Shown here: one piece after another, positions 25,186 through 37,606 of the stretch | Position numbering within the stretch: position 1 is the first letter of the stretch | How the letters are laid out: each line of letters begins with the position of its first letter | Origin: Microbotryum violaceum | Lineage: Eukaryota | Reading direction: 5' to 3' | NCBI GenBank assembly: GCA_001244265.2 | Contig: CDLV01000010.1 | Span: 1,178,001 to 1,242,000 of the forward strand | DNA length: 64,000 nt | Position numbers and translations under genes: made by a program | Notes under the pieces: model-generated | The model's database searches: none | Seen by the model: the letters and a program-made list of their open reading frames with translations, nothing else | Told to the model about the DNA's origin: nothing

Positions 25186-27609
25186 TGCCTGGTCCCGGCT
25201 GGGAGAGTGGGGTCCCACTTTACCGCCCTCCCGAGACATTCGCGGGCGACCTCACAAAAACCTTCATTGACTGTAGCCACAGGATCGATCTCAGCAGATG
25301 AACTTTGCGTTCTCATAACTATCAATCATAGGGTTGGACCCATCTCCAACGGTCGTCATCTCCGTCTCGCCCCACCGTTCCAAGAACTCGCCATGATCAA
25401 CGACGCTCAACCCTCTCACAGTTCCCGGTCCTCCACTCGCGTTCAACGTCAAAGGTCGTCGAGGTGAGAAATAGGATCCAGAGGCCAAGGTTGATTCAGA
25501 GCTCCGTGAGGGGGAGGAGAAGTGCGCAGGTGACATGACGAGTGAGTATAGGTCGCGCAAGAGATGAAAGTCGGTCGGGAAGAAGATGTCGAAGAAGCCC
25601 GGTTGGACGAGGTAGGTCGTACAGGCCACCGTCTGTCATGCGGAGTGAAAGCATCAGTAAGATTTGGACCGAAATGAATCCCAATACTGGCCAAGAATGA
25701 ACGCACCTCCCCCTCGTACCGCGTCTGTACGACGGGTGCGTTGTGGCCCGGAATCGCATCGGGCAAGCTCGAAAAGTCCGAAATGAGCAGCCGGTGCGCT
25801 GGGAACATGTTTCTCAGCACGTCGAGCAACATGAGCTGCTTGGTCGGCAGAAAATCGGGCTTTGTCAAGTTGGGCACAAAAGGAAGGATCGAATAGAGCT
25901 TGCGCAACACCGGCGACGCGGACATGAGGCGATTGAGGGAGGGTGAGGCACGCTGGTGCGAAGGGAGCCGAGATCGTAGAGTGAGGTATCGTCGGATGAG
26001 CGGGTCCGTGGCGGGCTCGTACAGTTCGGTGTAGTCGCCTGCCGAGTCGATCGAGACGATGCATTGGTACGGCTCGTGATCCTTTGTCGAGTATCGCACA
26101 ACGTCGTGGGCGAAATTGTCCTACGCGCGAGACGGGAGGAAAAGGGTCAGGCCTGATTGTTTTCTTGCATGCAGGTTCCGAATGCGCAGACTTACCAGCA
26201 CTTCCATCGCCAGGAAGAAGCAAGGTTCGGGGACGACACGCTCAAAATCGAAGATGCTCCCACCCAAAACCTCGACCTTGTCCTCATGCCCCTTGCGCTT
26301 CGCCGGCCCCCCTTGAGCGGCTTTGGCATCCCCTCCCGATGCCCTCCCCTTTTGTAGGCCCTGCAACCTCTCACTGATCTCGATGATACGGTACCGTGTG
26401 CGCTCATAGACTTCGGGTTCCTCCATGGCGATGTAGTCGAGGATGTCGCCCATCAGGGTTCCGTTGCCGGCACCAATCTCGTAAATGATCAGGTCCTCGT
26501 AGGGGTACAGGTTGAGCTTGTACTCGGCGACGATGAAGCGTGCAATTGCTCTTCCGTACCATGGCTACTAAGAGGATGACAACAGTCAGGAACTTGATCA
26601 AATCTCTCACACAGCACGAGATCAAGAGCTCACCTTGAACAGCTCGGTCGGGGTATGCCACACCTGTCTACCGGGCCCTCTCCTGACCGCACCCGTGGCA
26701 CCCGTGTTGAGCCCTTCGAATTCGCCATACCGTCTCGCGATCTCATCCTCAAACTGAGCGGTCGTCTTCAACGAACCAAAGTCGAATCCCTCTGCTCTGG
26801 CATTAGCCTCATCGACGGCTTGTTTCACTTTCCCATTCGGCGACGCTGCCATAGAACCGACTCCTCCTCCTCCTCCTCCTCCTTCCGCTCCAATCCGATC
26901 CGGATCAAAGATGACCGCCTGAGTCGAGAAATATCCATAATGAGGGTTATAAAGACAATCATCGATGAAATGCCTCGCAAGCATGCGCACCCTCCTCGGA
27001 GGGGTCCGACGCGAAGCCAACTCTTTGGCCGTGACGAGACGGTATTGACTTGCGTCCGGGTCCGGGGTGTCGCCGAAGGGATTCGAAACGTAGTTGTAGC
27101 GCGGTTCTCGGGACGATCGGGCTCGGAGATCGGGGCGTTGGCTTGATGCGGTCGTCGTCGAGGGGGATGTCTTCAAGGTTGAGTCGGATCGACGCTCCCA
27201 AGAGGACGGCGACGTCGTGGAGATGGACCGTTTGGACGACGAAGCACAGGTCGAAGTTGAACTCATGAAGCGCGTACATGATTGTACCGCCTGGCAAGAC
27301 TTTCTTCGCAGCGCTGCCATGATGATCGCGGGTGCTTGACCGGTCCGAGCACCGACTTGGGTGCAGAAGGCAGCCAGCAACACCGAGCGCGTTGGTGGAG
27401 CACGTCGGCTTGTAGCGACGCTATTCAGCAAGTCAGATGCAGTGGAGGCCTGGTAACCCCTCCTTTGACACAGTTGCACATCAGTGAAATCCCAAAAGAT
27501 GCGAAGCCTGCACTACACGCCGGTCGGAAACACACCATGGCCCAACTCAAATCAAGGAGAAAACCGAGAAGAATTGTTGGCAACCCCTGGCAGGTTCCCC
27601 AAGTCCCAC
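25186..27609 (+). repeat. 2.42-kb direct repeat, copy 2 (partner 8719-11142)
   Basis: Both junctions read directly: TGCCTGGTCCCGG at the left end and CCCAAGTCCCAC at the right end. Confidence 0.97.
25291..27320 (-). CDS. NDUFAF7: NDUFAF7/MidA-family methyltransferase, copy 2
   Basis: Translations identical to copy 1. Confidence 0.9.
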
Positions 27610-28427
27610 GCCAATGCGCGGAAAAAGTATCTCTAAGCAAAGTGTCGCGTCTAAAAATAAAAATAAAACGTACGGACCGCTCAGGGACTCGGACACCGCG
27701 GACGTCCAGAACGAGGGAGCGCGCGTTCTGCCTGGATCGACCGTCGCTCGCTTTCTGCCCAACCGTCGATCCCGACGGGACCGCTCGGGGAAGAAAGATC
27801 GGGGACTCGGGAGCCTGTTCACTGTTTAGTGGGCGTACTAAGCCTGCCAAAGGTACGACGGGAACTAGGACTTGGATCGGTGGGTTAGTATCGTTTTGTT
27901 TCCTGACTTTCATCTATTGTCCATCCACGCTTCGGAGAGATGGACTCACGGGGTCATCTCCGGCTCAGGCCCTAAAATTGAGATTGCGGAGAGAGACGTT
28001 GTGCTCTGGCTGACATCACCGAACCGTAACCACTAGCGAAACCTCATCGGGGGCGTGCAGACTCGGGAAGTTATACCGACCCACCTTTGCGGTGCAAGCT
28101 TGAGCTCAATTTTAACCTTGATCGGGGCCGACTTGGGAGCTTCTCTGCCGAGCGCGAAGCCGGAGAGTGCCCGCCCGAGACTTGAGTTGAGTGAGGGCTT
28201 TTTTGTCTTGGTTCGAGCCTCTTGAAAGGTCTCAAAATACCTCATGGTTTACTGCGGATCTGCGGTGAATTGACACCTCTTACGCGATGGCGGTGGGATA
28301 GCAAAGTGTCTTATTGTTAGGAATGGGATTCACACAACGGGAAAGCCTACTACTACAGAACAGGAAAGAGCTTCACAAAAACCTGGGCGAGCAAGCGGGC
28401 GAGTCGCCGAAGCGGGCGGGCGGCCTA

Positions 28428-30810
28428 TTACTCTTCGTCCATGGTCCGTAGGATCGAAATCAACTCGTGGCATTCGTGTTCAAGGGCGAAGAGGGCAGCT
28501 TGACCATCGACACATTCACCATCCCGGTTTTTAAACTGACCATTGGATTTGAGCCCTTCGACCTGGGCGAGACTCATTTGGAAGGGGTAGAGGTCGCGGG
28601 CGGAATACGGGCCAGGGTACTTCATCAGTTCGAGCAGACATCGCTTGACGGTTTCGAGCTTGTTCGCGATCGGCATCAACTCCTCAGAGATCGGTTCCGA
28701 CGAAGACACGAGACGGTATAACAACCCATAGCAACGTCGCAGAATGAAAAGGATCGCGATCTGCCCTCGGGGAATGTTGCCTTCCGAGTCGTGGAACTTG
28801 CCGTCCTTGCCGCGCATGCGGTCGACGTCTTGCAATGCGATCTGGTAGCTGTACAGGTCCGTCTCCCTCAGCGTCCAGCGATGCGTCAACACCAACCGCT
28901 CGAGCTGCGCCCTCATCTCGCTCAGTCGATCGTATATGGGTTGCAATGGCCCCCTCGCCACGTCTTCGCTGCCTTCGCTCGCGGCAATGTCCTGGCAGAT
29001 GTCGAAGTTGTCCTCCAACAGACCTGCGACGAGCTGCTGCCCCTTGGGCGGCTCGTACGTTTCGATCGTCTCCCCATCCGAAGCCAACCGTTCGACGATG
29101 AATTTGCCGTTCACACGCTTGTCCTCGATTGCTCTCAGTTCGGTTAGGATGTTGGCGACGTCGCCGGCAGTCGGTCGAGGCCGGGCGGCGATGGAAGCAA
29201 GTAAGCGTCGGAGCGTGATGAGTCGTTGATGTACAGGCGCGAGTCCTGGGGATAGTTGAGACAAGGAAGCAACGAGAGATTGAAGCATTCGATCTGTGTT
29301 GTTGGGAGGTGATGTGGGAAGAGGCATAAGTTTTCCGGCACATCGACCGACAGCATTGGCTCGGTGTGAAGTATGCTCGGCTGACCGCAATCATTCCACT
29401 TGTTCATCAACAGCCGTGTGAGCCCCTCTTCACGCTTCCCTTCCTCCGGTGATGCGTCCGAGTCACAGCCCGTGACAATGATCTCTTTGAGCTCGAGCAA
29501 ACGCTTCTGGAACGGCTTGAGATCGGCTTCAGTAAAGACTCCACTCTCGGTCACTGTGGGCAGAGCAAGTATGGTTCATGTTCAACGCCCAAGATTGAGC
29601 ACGTCCGACATGTTTATTAATGGTCTTACGATGTGAAAGCAATCGCTTCATGGTCGCTAATTGACTGTACGTCGCCGGTGACTCGCGGGATTTGCCGATG
29701 GTGAGGAAGAACAAGGACAAGAGCTGTGGTTATCCTTGTATGGGTCAGCTGTGCGCTTTGATACGCAATGTGGCTCTCGAAGACTTACCTGGAAGACATC
29801 GTTGAGGGTTGTGCTGTGTACACGTGTAAAAGTAGAGATTCAAATCACGACAAGCCCCTATGATTAGCCAGCGAGATTGCTCGGAGTCGAGCGACGTGAG
29901 AAGCGACGACAAAAGGACTGACTCGACCCTGTTCTCCTGCGTCCACTCTGCAGGTGTCGGTTCCTCGGGGGACGAAGATGTCGACGGCTCTCCTTCCGAA
30001 GTACTGGCTTTGGACGGTGGTGCTCGAATGTCGTTGAGGTTGTTGACTTGGGTCACTGCGAGCGGAGTTGGGATTCGAAGCGAAAATTAGCCCCGGCGCG
30101 CCGAGTCAGGCCGTCGAGCGTGACGATGTTTGGCCCCGTTGCAAACACAACGGCCTGAGCGATGAGCTTGGTGAGAACGCACTGAGCGAACTGTAGATGT
30201 CGAGCACATCCTTGGCGCGGATATATTCGGTGCGGTCCTTTTTGAGCGCGGTCAGTCGGTTGCGAATGCTATGGAAGGTATGAGAAGTGTTGTCGGTCAG
30301 CACCGGGGCTCGCGCGCAGAGCCAGGATGTATAGACATCAATTGGACTGCGGCAGCGTGGGAGAAGGACCTTTGTCGTTGTCGTTGTCGTTGTCGTTGCG
30401 AGTCGATGTTCCTTGTCAGCACACACCGCCAGCCGGTCTCTCCTTCACGGAGTCCAAGAGCCACGGATCTGACTTGGTCACCATCGACCGCGCCATTCCG
30501 TCATCCCAAGTCAGGTTCCGTTCCATTGGCCCCACACCTCTAAGAGTATATCCTGTACACCAAGCTCCGTCGACCGTTCTGAGACTCGAGCTTGTGACGT
30601 AGGAACACCCGGGAAGATGGCTTTGGTCGCCGCCGTCGTCGTCGAGCTGGGCTTTGGGGCGCCGGCCCGTGCGACGAATGGACGGCCGACGGCACTGCAT
30701 ACACCGAGCCTTCCGGAGCCGGTCGAAGCTGCTTCCAATGCTGGACTTGGGGTATGAACTCACTTGATGAGTGCTTCGAGCACAGGGAGCTCTTGGTTAG
30801 GTACGACCAT
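28428..30810 (-). CDS. UPF0662/Cub1 (YPL260W-like) protein, multi-exon
   Basis: ELPVLEALI|NIRNRLTALKKDR, LFFLTIGKSRESPATY, LVLTHRWTLRETDLY, LVSSSEPISEELMPI. Confidence 0.8.
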
Positions 30811-31408
30811 GCTGTGAGGTGCCAGTGGTGGTGGCGGATATAGATGCGAGTGCGCGCGACGGTTCCGCAGGAGCTTGGAACGAGAGGGACGGTCGATTTG
30901 GTAGATGGGCACGTTTTCCGGGTGAGTTTGGACTAGTTTGGATGATCTCACTACTACTTCTGAACCCTCAGACTCGGATGGTCTTTGAATATTTTTCTCT
31001 CGAGTCCCAAGTTCAACGACGTGTGAAGCAGTACTCACTTTAGGCCTAAGCCGACTTTGAACAAACCAAGCCTACCAGCGAGTACTCAAGAAGGTTCTAC
31101 TCTGCAGTGATGGCAATGCCTTTGGTTGACATCGATCCTAGGCAGGGTCCGTGCGCGCTGACCGGCCCGGCGGGATTTGATTCGAGGCCGGCCGTGGCTC
31201 GCTGTGCGCTGTGGGTCAGAGTGGGTTGAGTCACTCGAGTGCGGTCTAGTGCGGCCATGCTGCCTGCCCCACACGTTGTGGCACCCACATGGTTCTCGCT
31301 CTGACTTCGCGACTAGCAACACCCTCCGCCAGGCGCTCGACTTGCTTCTCTTGCGTTCCTCGTCTTCACAACTTGATCACCACTTCACCACACTTCCGCT
31401 CCCACACC

Positions 31409-34367
31409 ATGGCTCCTGCTGCTGTTGGTTTGTCGTCGTCCAAACCCGCCGGCGGTGTGATGCAGATTGACGACCTGATCGAGCTGCCCCGTCCTGGCAT
31501 AGCGCTTCCCAACCCTTCGGGATCGTATGCGCTGTGGCCTTCGTCGACCTTTTCCTTCAAGCACGGCGGGCAAACCAACAAGGCGATCTATGCCGTGGAT
31601 CTTCACAAAGGATCGACCACCACCACGTCGACGGGACCGAGCGCGGCGTCGCCTCGATTGGTGCTCGACCACCTTGTCGACAACCAACCGGCGTGGATCG
31701 ACGATCGCGTATTCATCTTTGTCCGACCCGCACTGCCCGAGGGTGAAAGCCCCAGCCTCAACTCGCAAGGTCAACGAGTCGATCGTCCCGTGGATCTGAA
31801 CGACAAGGAGCGCTCCAAACGAATGGTCGCCCTCGCAGATAAAGTTGAGGGGTCCGAGTTGTGGGCCAAACACGTCATCACCGGCGAAGAGTACAAGATC
31901 GCAGACCTCCCCGTCAGGTCAGTCGTAGTATCATATGGCATGAGCCATTAAGACACAGGTCAAAGTTGACCTTCATCACTTCGAATGCTGCACCAAATCC
32001 ACACACGCTGCGAGCAGCGTGTCCGATCTCCGAGCGCTCAACACCTCGGACGACAAGTCCGAGTCCGCCCTCTTGTCCTTCACCGCCAAAGTGTTCCCCG
32101 ACGGTGATTTGTTCTCGGTCGCAAAGCACAAGAAGCAGCAGGCTCAGGACGCTCGTGGTTCCGACGTGCGAGGTGAGCTAGTCCTCTCACCCTTGGCACA
32201 GAGCCCCAGCTCACTCTGACCGCGTTCTTCCTCGATAGTTTACGACTCGCTTTGGGTCCGTCACTGGGACGAGTGGTCCACCACGGCGGGTGAAAAGACG
32301 CAGATTTTTGTCCTTCGCCTGACGAAGAACCCCGAATCGCTCGACAATGAGCAAGCCAACGAACCCGAGGGCTTTACCCAAGTCGTTTCACCCGACAGCA
32401 AGTGGAGGGTCCTTCATAGTCGAGGAACGGCGTTGACTGCTGCTTCGACCAAGAGAGGCAATTCCATGACGGTCTTGTCCCCTTTGGCCAAGACTCAGCT
32501 GGAGGCTACCGATTACTCAATCTCCAAGACGCATATCGTGTTCCAGGCCAAGGACCCGCTCGTCAACAAGGCAAGTGCAAGCAGCGACATCCCAATGAGC
32601 CTCCTTAGGGGTCTCTTAGAGCGACCGTCTGATTCTACGTTTTCGTGCGCTGTAGGCATGGCACACTCGCACCCAGGTCTACCTCGTTCCTCTCGATCCC
32701 AAGAATGAGAAAGCTGCCGAACCTCGACAGATCACCCTTGGCACCCAAGGAGCGGCCTCGTCTCCCGCTTTCTCCACCGATGGCCAACGCGTCGCATGGC
32801 TCGAGATGCGCGAGGATGGCTACGAAGCCGATCGTAATCGCGTCATGATTTACGAGGTCGAAGCGAACCAGCGATGGGGAGCGACCGAGGAGCAATGGGA
32901 CCGCTCGCCTTCCAAAGTCATTTGGTGCCCCTGTGGCGAAAAGATCTACCTCATTGCTGAGGATGCAGGCTACGGTAAATTGTTTCAACTTGGAGTACCC
33001 AGGCCGTCCAAGCACGACGCGAGTTTTTTGAAGAATTCCTCGCTGCCCGAACCTCACAAGCTTACGCATCGTCACACCGTCGCTGCCGCGATCCCGTTGT
33101 CGACGAGCTCGCTGCTGCTGACGACGAACTCTTTCGTCGGTCCCAACGTCGTCTCGACTTTGACCATCTCGGCGCCCAAGAAGGATTTGACCGTTGCAGT
33201 CAAGGTCGAAACAGAGGACGACCCGAACCCGGATCGACCACCGACCACGCACCTGCAACACATTGCCTCCTTGACCGATGACCTCGCCTCAACTCGCGGT
33301 TTAGACGAAGGTGAATCCTTCTGGTTCGCCGGGTCCGAAGGCATTCAAGTTCACGGGTGGATCTTGTTCCCTCCTGAACTACAAGGAGGTGCCGAAGCAA
33401 GAAAGGCTTTGTTGGAGGATGGGAAGGCGAAGAAGAAGTTCCCTTTGGCTTTCTTGGTGCATGGCGGACCTCAGGGAGCATGGACGGATTCTTGGTCGAC
33501 GAGGTGGAACCCCAATGTATTTGCGAGTCATGGTTATATTACCGTCGCAATCAAGTAAGTTCATCTCAGACTGGCAATGCTGTCGCCCACCTGCTCACCC
33601 ACTGAGCTTATATCCCTCTGGCGATCTCGAAATAGCCCGACCGGTTCGACGGGCTACGGCCAAGAGTTCTGCGACCGCATCAAGAATCAATGGGGTGGTC
33701 GCCCATACCAAGACCTCGTCGCCGGTCTTGAATTTGTCAAGCAAGCTTACCCCGAGATCGATGATCAGCGCATGTCGATGCTCGGAGCATCTTACGGAGG
33801 GTTCATGGTCCGTCGATCGGTGTCACTAGTTTATGCTTATCGCTTGCTGACCAGCAAGGTCTCTGAGAACGGGCGTACAGGCGAATTGGATCCAAGGCCA
33901 CAACTCCTCCCTCGGCTTCAAGTGCATCGTCTGCCATGATGGCGTCTTCAGTACACCTGGGGTATGGTACACTACCGAGGAGTTGTACTTCCCCGAGCGC
34001 GAGTTTGGCGGAACGCCGTGGGAGGTGCCGGAGAATTATAGTCGGTGGAACCCGCAGAACCATATCTCGAAGTGGAAGACGCCTCAATTGATTGTTTGTG
34101 AGGCATCCAGGCCATGAACCCATTTCGATTTGATGGTGATGGATCGACTGACACTATCATCCTGAATGCCTCACAGGCGGCGGCAAGGATTTCCGCCTCG
34201 TCGAAGGTGAAGGTCTAGCGGTCTTCAACACCTTACAACGTCTCGGCGTACCTTCGCGTCTCGTCTATTTCGAGAGTGAGAACCACTGGGTCATGGCGCC
34301 TCATAATAGTCGTCGTTGGCACGAGGAGGTCTTCAAGTGGCTTGATCAATGGACTTCCGACGAATAA
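31409..34367 (+). CDS. S9-family dipeptidyl-peptidase V, multi-exon
   Basis: FLVHGGPQGAW, STRWNPNVFA, PTGSTGYGQEF; catalytic GASYGG, KDFR, ENHW. Confidence 0.9.
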
Positions 34368-34522
34368 GGCTTGGCTCTGTGCAATCCGTTCTTGCCCTCT
34401 TGTTTTATGCAGCACATGTTTTCCGCCATTCAGATTAGTCTTTATCGTACATCACAATAGATCGATCAGGCTACAGGCACTGCACACAACAGGAAATGGG
34501 AACAATGGGTACAGGAGGTTGT

Positions 34523-36471
34523 TCACTCGCCTACGTGCTCGGGTTCGAGCCCACGCAGACCGTTAGGTAATTCAACGCCTACGTCTCGCAGCTTTTCCTC
34601 AATGCCGTCCATCGCTTTTTGGAGGTAATTGCGCACGGCATCCTTCATGAATTGACCGATAACGAGGGAGGCAGCAGCAGCAATTTGGGTCTGTGGGAGG
34701 GGAGGTGTTTGATCAGCTTCTGTCGCAACCTTGTACAGCGCTTCGTCACCCTCGAGCTGACCTTGAGCGATTCAGTGATAAAATTCATCACCTCGACCCC
34801 CAACTGCAACTTGGAATCCTCCAAAACAGTCTTGGGGACGATCGTTGTAAAAGGGCTTATCGATGTCGCCTTTAACTCGTACGGTGCGCCCTGTCTCGAT
34901 CGATTGCCCAACAACTCGAACCGAATCTGTAACGTCCTCGCCGTGATCGTCGTGGTCGAACGTCCTTTTTGACCAATCTTTTTCAAGCCTGTTGTCCATT
35001 GGAGTATTTGGGCCGTTTCGGCGAATATCTTGAATTTGGATTCGAGGATGACGGTCAGATCGTGGACGGTGACGACTAGATCACCACCTTCGATCCCCGC
35101 TTCGACTGGTGGCTGCTTCTGCCTGTGCTTCTTCTTGCCCGAAACGTCTGGGCTTCGAGGAGGATCGAAAGCGAGTGAAGCGCGGTCGAACGACAGTGTG
35201 GTCAGTCCCGATTCGGACAACTGCAACTGAATCTCCGAAGTGAGCTTATTGAACGACTGTAAAGTCGCACGAGTTCCACCGGGTCGGTACAAGGGTGGGC
35301 TGTAATCAGGAAGGAAGAAGTTGTGCAACCGCGTCGGACCGATGAGGTGCGAGTGCATGCGGAAGTTGGTCGTTGTCGGAAGCGATTCTTGCACGGTCGT
35401 GGTAACCTCGCCCCCTGCTTCGGAGCTGGTGGGAGTCGGCGAGTTCGTCTCGACACTTGCGGCGGAAGAGGGCGGTAGAGGAGACTCTGTCGACCCCGAC
35501 GTCGCAGATGGTGGAGCCAAACTCGAGGCATCGAGGGGTGTCGACACTTCCCTTTCGCGCTCATCGTCAACCATGGCGTCGTATGTCTGCACGTCGACGT
35601 GCTTGTTGACGAATTTGAAAAGGCCTTCGGCAATGTCATCGACGGCTGGCCCCTCGGCCATGTCTCGGATCAAAAAGTCGGAAATGAGCTTGACGGGCCA
35701 TCGAATGAGGATCGTTCCTTTGACAAAGGGTGTCATCTTGGTCACGAGTGCACCCCAAGGTCCAAACCCTTTGATGGCGAGCATGTTGATCGAGCCCTCG
35801 TCGACGTTGGTCGAAAGCACCTCAATTTTCGGCACCGAATCCGGAGTCATTCCACGAACGAGTTGCACGCCCAGCGCGATCGCAGCATCGTCAATGTCGG
35901 CCTCCACTCGACCAGATCCTGTCCATTTCCATGGTCTGAGCGTACTCTCGTCGTTGAGATTCATTCCTTGCGGAACGAAGCGGGCGGTCGCGGTGATGGA
36001 GAAGCTCCCCGAGAGGATGGTCGAGACTTGGTCGACCTTGACGTCGATAGGGGAGCGACCGGCATCGATGCATCTTGTTGCGACTTGACCGACCCTCAGT
36101 CGAGTGAAGACGAGTTCGGATGCAGTCGATTTGATGACGATACGTAACCGCTTGGTTGTCAGTGGCACCTTGAGCGTGAGCTTGACCGGCGGCATCTGGA
36201 CACTACAATGGCGGTAGGTGTGGTTCAAGGTGAATACGAATAGCACTGCACTTTATTTCTTTCCTGGTCTTGAGCAGATGACGTACACGGGTATGATGGT
36301 GAGTCCATCGAGTTCGAGCTTGCGGATGATCGCGGCGAGCACGGGGCCGGCTCGATTGAGAGGGGTGTTGCGTAGCTTGGGAGGGCCGAGGCTGGTCGGT
36401 GGCGTCGGGAAGAGGTAGAGAATGGATGCGAGTGCAACCGCAAACGCCAGCAAAGATCCGACCAGGCCCAT
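34523..36471 (-). CDS. Signal-anchored hypothetical protein, possibly BPI/TULIP-like lipid-binding fold
   Basis: Hydrophobic N-terminus MGLVGSLLAFAVALASILYLF. Two beta-rich regions, each ending in a long amphipathic helix, are joined by an S/T linker. Two introns. Confidence 0.6.
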
Positions 36472-36783
36472 TGCGATTCACAAACTGGGCTCAGTCGAGT
36501 CGGTTGCGCCCCACTTGGAGTAGCGCTCTTGGGCGCTGAGGCGGCGCCGAGGGGCGAATGTGGGGCCGGGAGCAGCTGTTTGAGTCAATGTAGGGACACG
36601 AACGAGTCGATCACGTCGTAGGTGTCTCAATGGCGTTGCGTTTGGGCTGAATTGGGGCGAGTCGAGTAGCTGGAGAGCGAAAGCCATGTGAACTTGTGAA
36701 GCCACCACCTCACGGGTTATCCACGTCTGCGACCCAAATGACGAGCGTGACGCGGTGACGTATAGCTCAGCGCTCAGCCCAGC

Positions 36784-36812
36784 GCGCCGGTCTGCGCCGG
36801 TCTGCGCCGGTC
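36784..36812 (+). repeat. Tandem 10-mer (GCGCCGGTCT)x3 in a divergent intergenic region
   Basis: Read directly. Confidence 0.9.
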
Positions 36813-37606
36813 AGCCCGTCAAAAGCCGTTGGATCAGCCGAGAGCGATCGACCTTGATCCCTATCCTCGATCGTTGAGTCGTGCTGTCGGTCGAAGTTGA
36901 ACCGATTGAGGCCTCGCATCGATTTCAGGTACCTGTTTCACCCACCATACCAGAAACCAGGTTAGAAGGCCAGGTACCATGCGAGGATCAAGCAAAGGTC
37001 CAGATTGACGTAGGAAGTAATGTGAACTTCTTAACTTCGACTAAAAGTCTGATAGCCGCCGTTCCGATCTCGATAAAACTTGACCGTGAAATGAGTGCAA
37101 ATCGTGCAACTGACGCCCGATCAGTCGAGGCGCGTCGAGCCTTCGGACTCCGTTCGCTTTCTCGGTGTCTCGATCCATTCCATCACACTTAGCCGAAAGG
37201 TCAGTCTACGCCGCGAGGTTTCAGTAGAACTACACGCCTTTCTTACCACTCCCCTTCTCATTGCGATCGTCATCACGCAAGTTGCTAGAAGGCGGCGACT
37301 TGTCCCGGCTCTCGTGATTGAAGCGACGGCGTTACAAGTTCGCGTCAGGCACCGACCGAGCTCAGCCGCTGCGACTAGTTCTAGTCGAACGTGGCGCTCA
37401 AGGCGATAGGCGACGTTAAACGATTACTGATACCTCGTCCCGCTTCCGACCATTGGTGCGACACCATCTGAGTCCCACCACTTGCCATCGGCACACTGTT
37501 CCTCAAATAGCCACGTGTTCTCGAGTCACAGCCACCGGCGCGCCGAACGGCCCTGGCTCACTGCAGCACTGCGAGTTCGGCGCCCCGTGCGCGCTCACTC
37601 CTGATC

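Noticed and set aside
27893-27913. TTTTGTTTCCTGACTTTCA resembling the vertebrate telomerase pseudoknot strand
   Set aside because: No downstream GTCAG/A-rich partner and no adequate template upstream on the same strand.
28244-28326. snR30/U17 m1 (ATTCCTA) and m2 (AAACCAT) on the minus strand
   Set aside because: No ACA box at the required spacing, and the RNA's 5' part would run into the Cub1-like 3' end.
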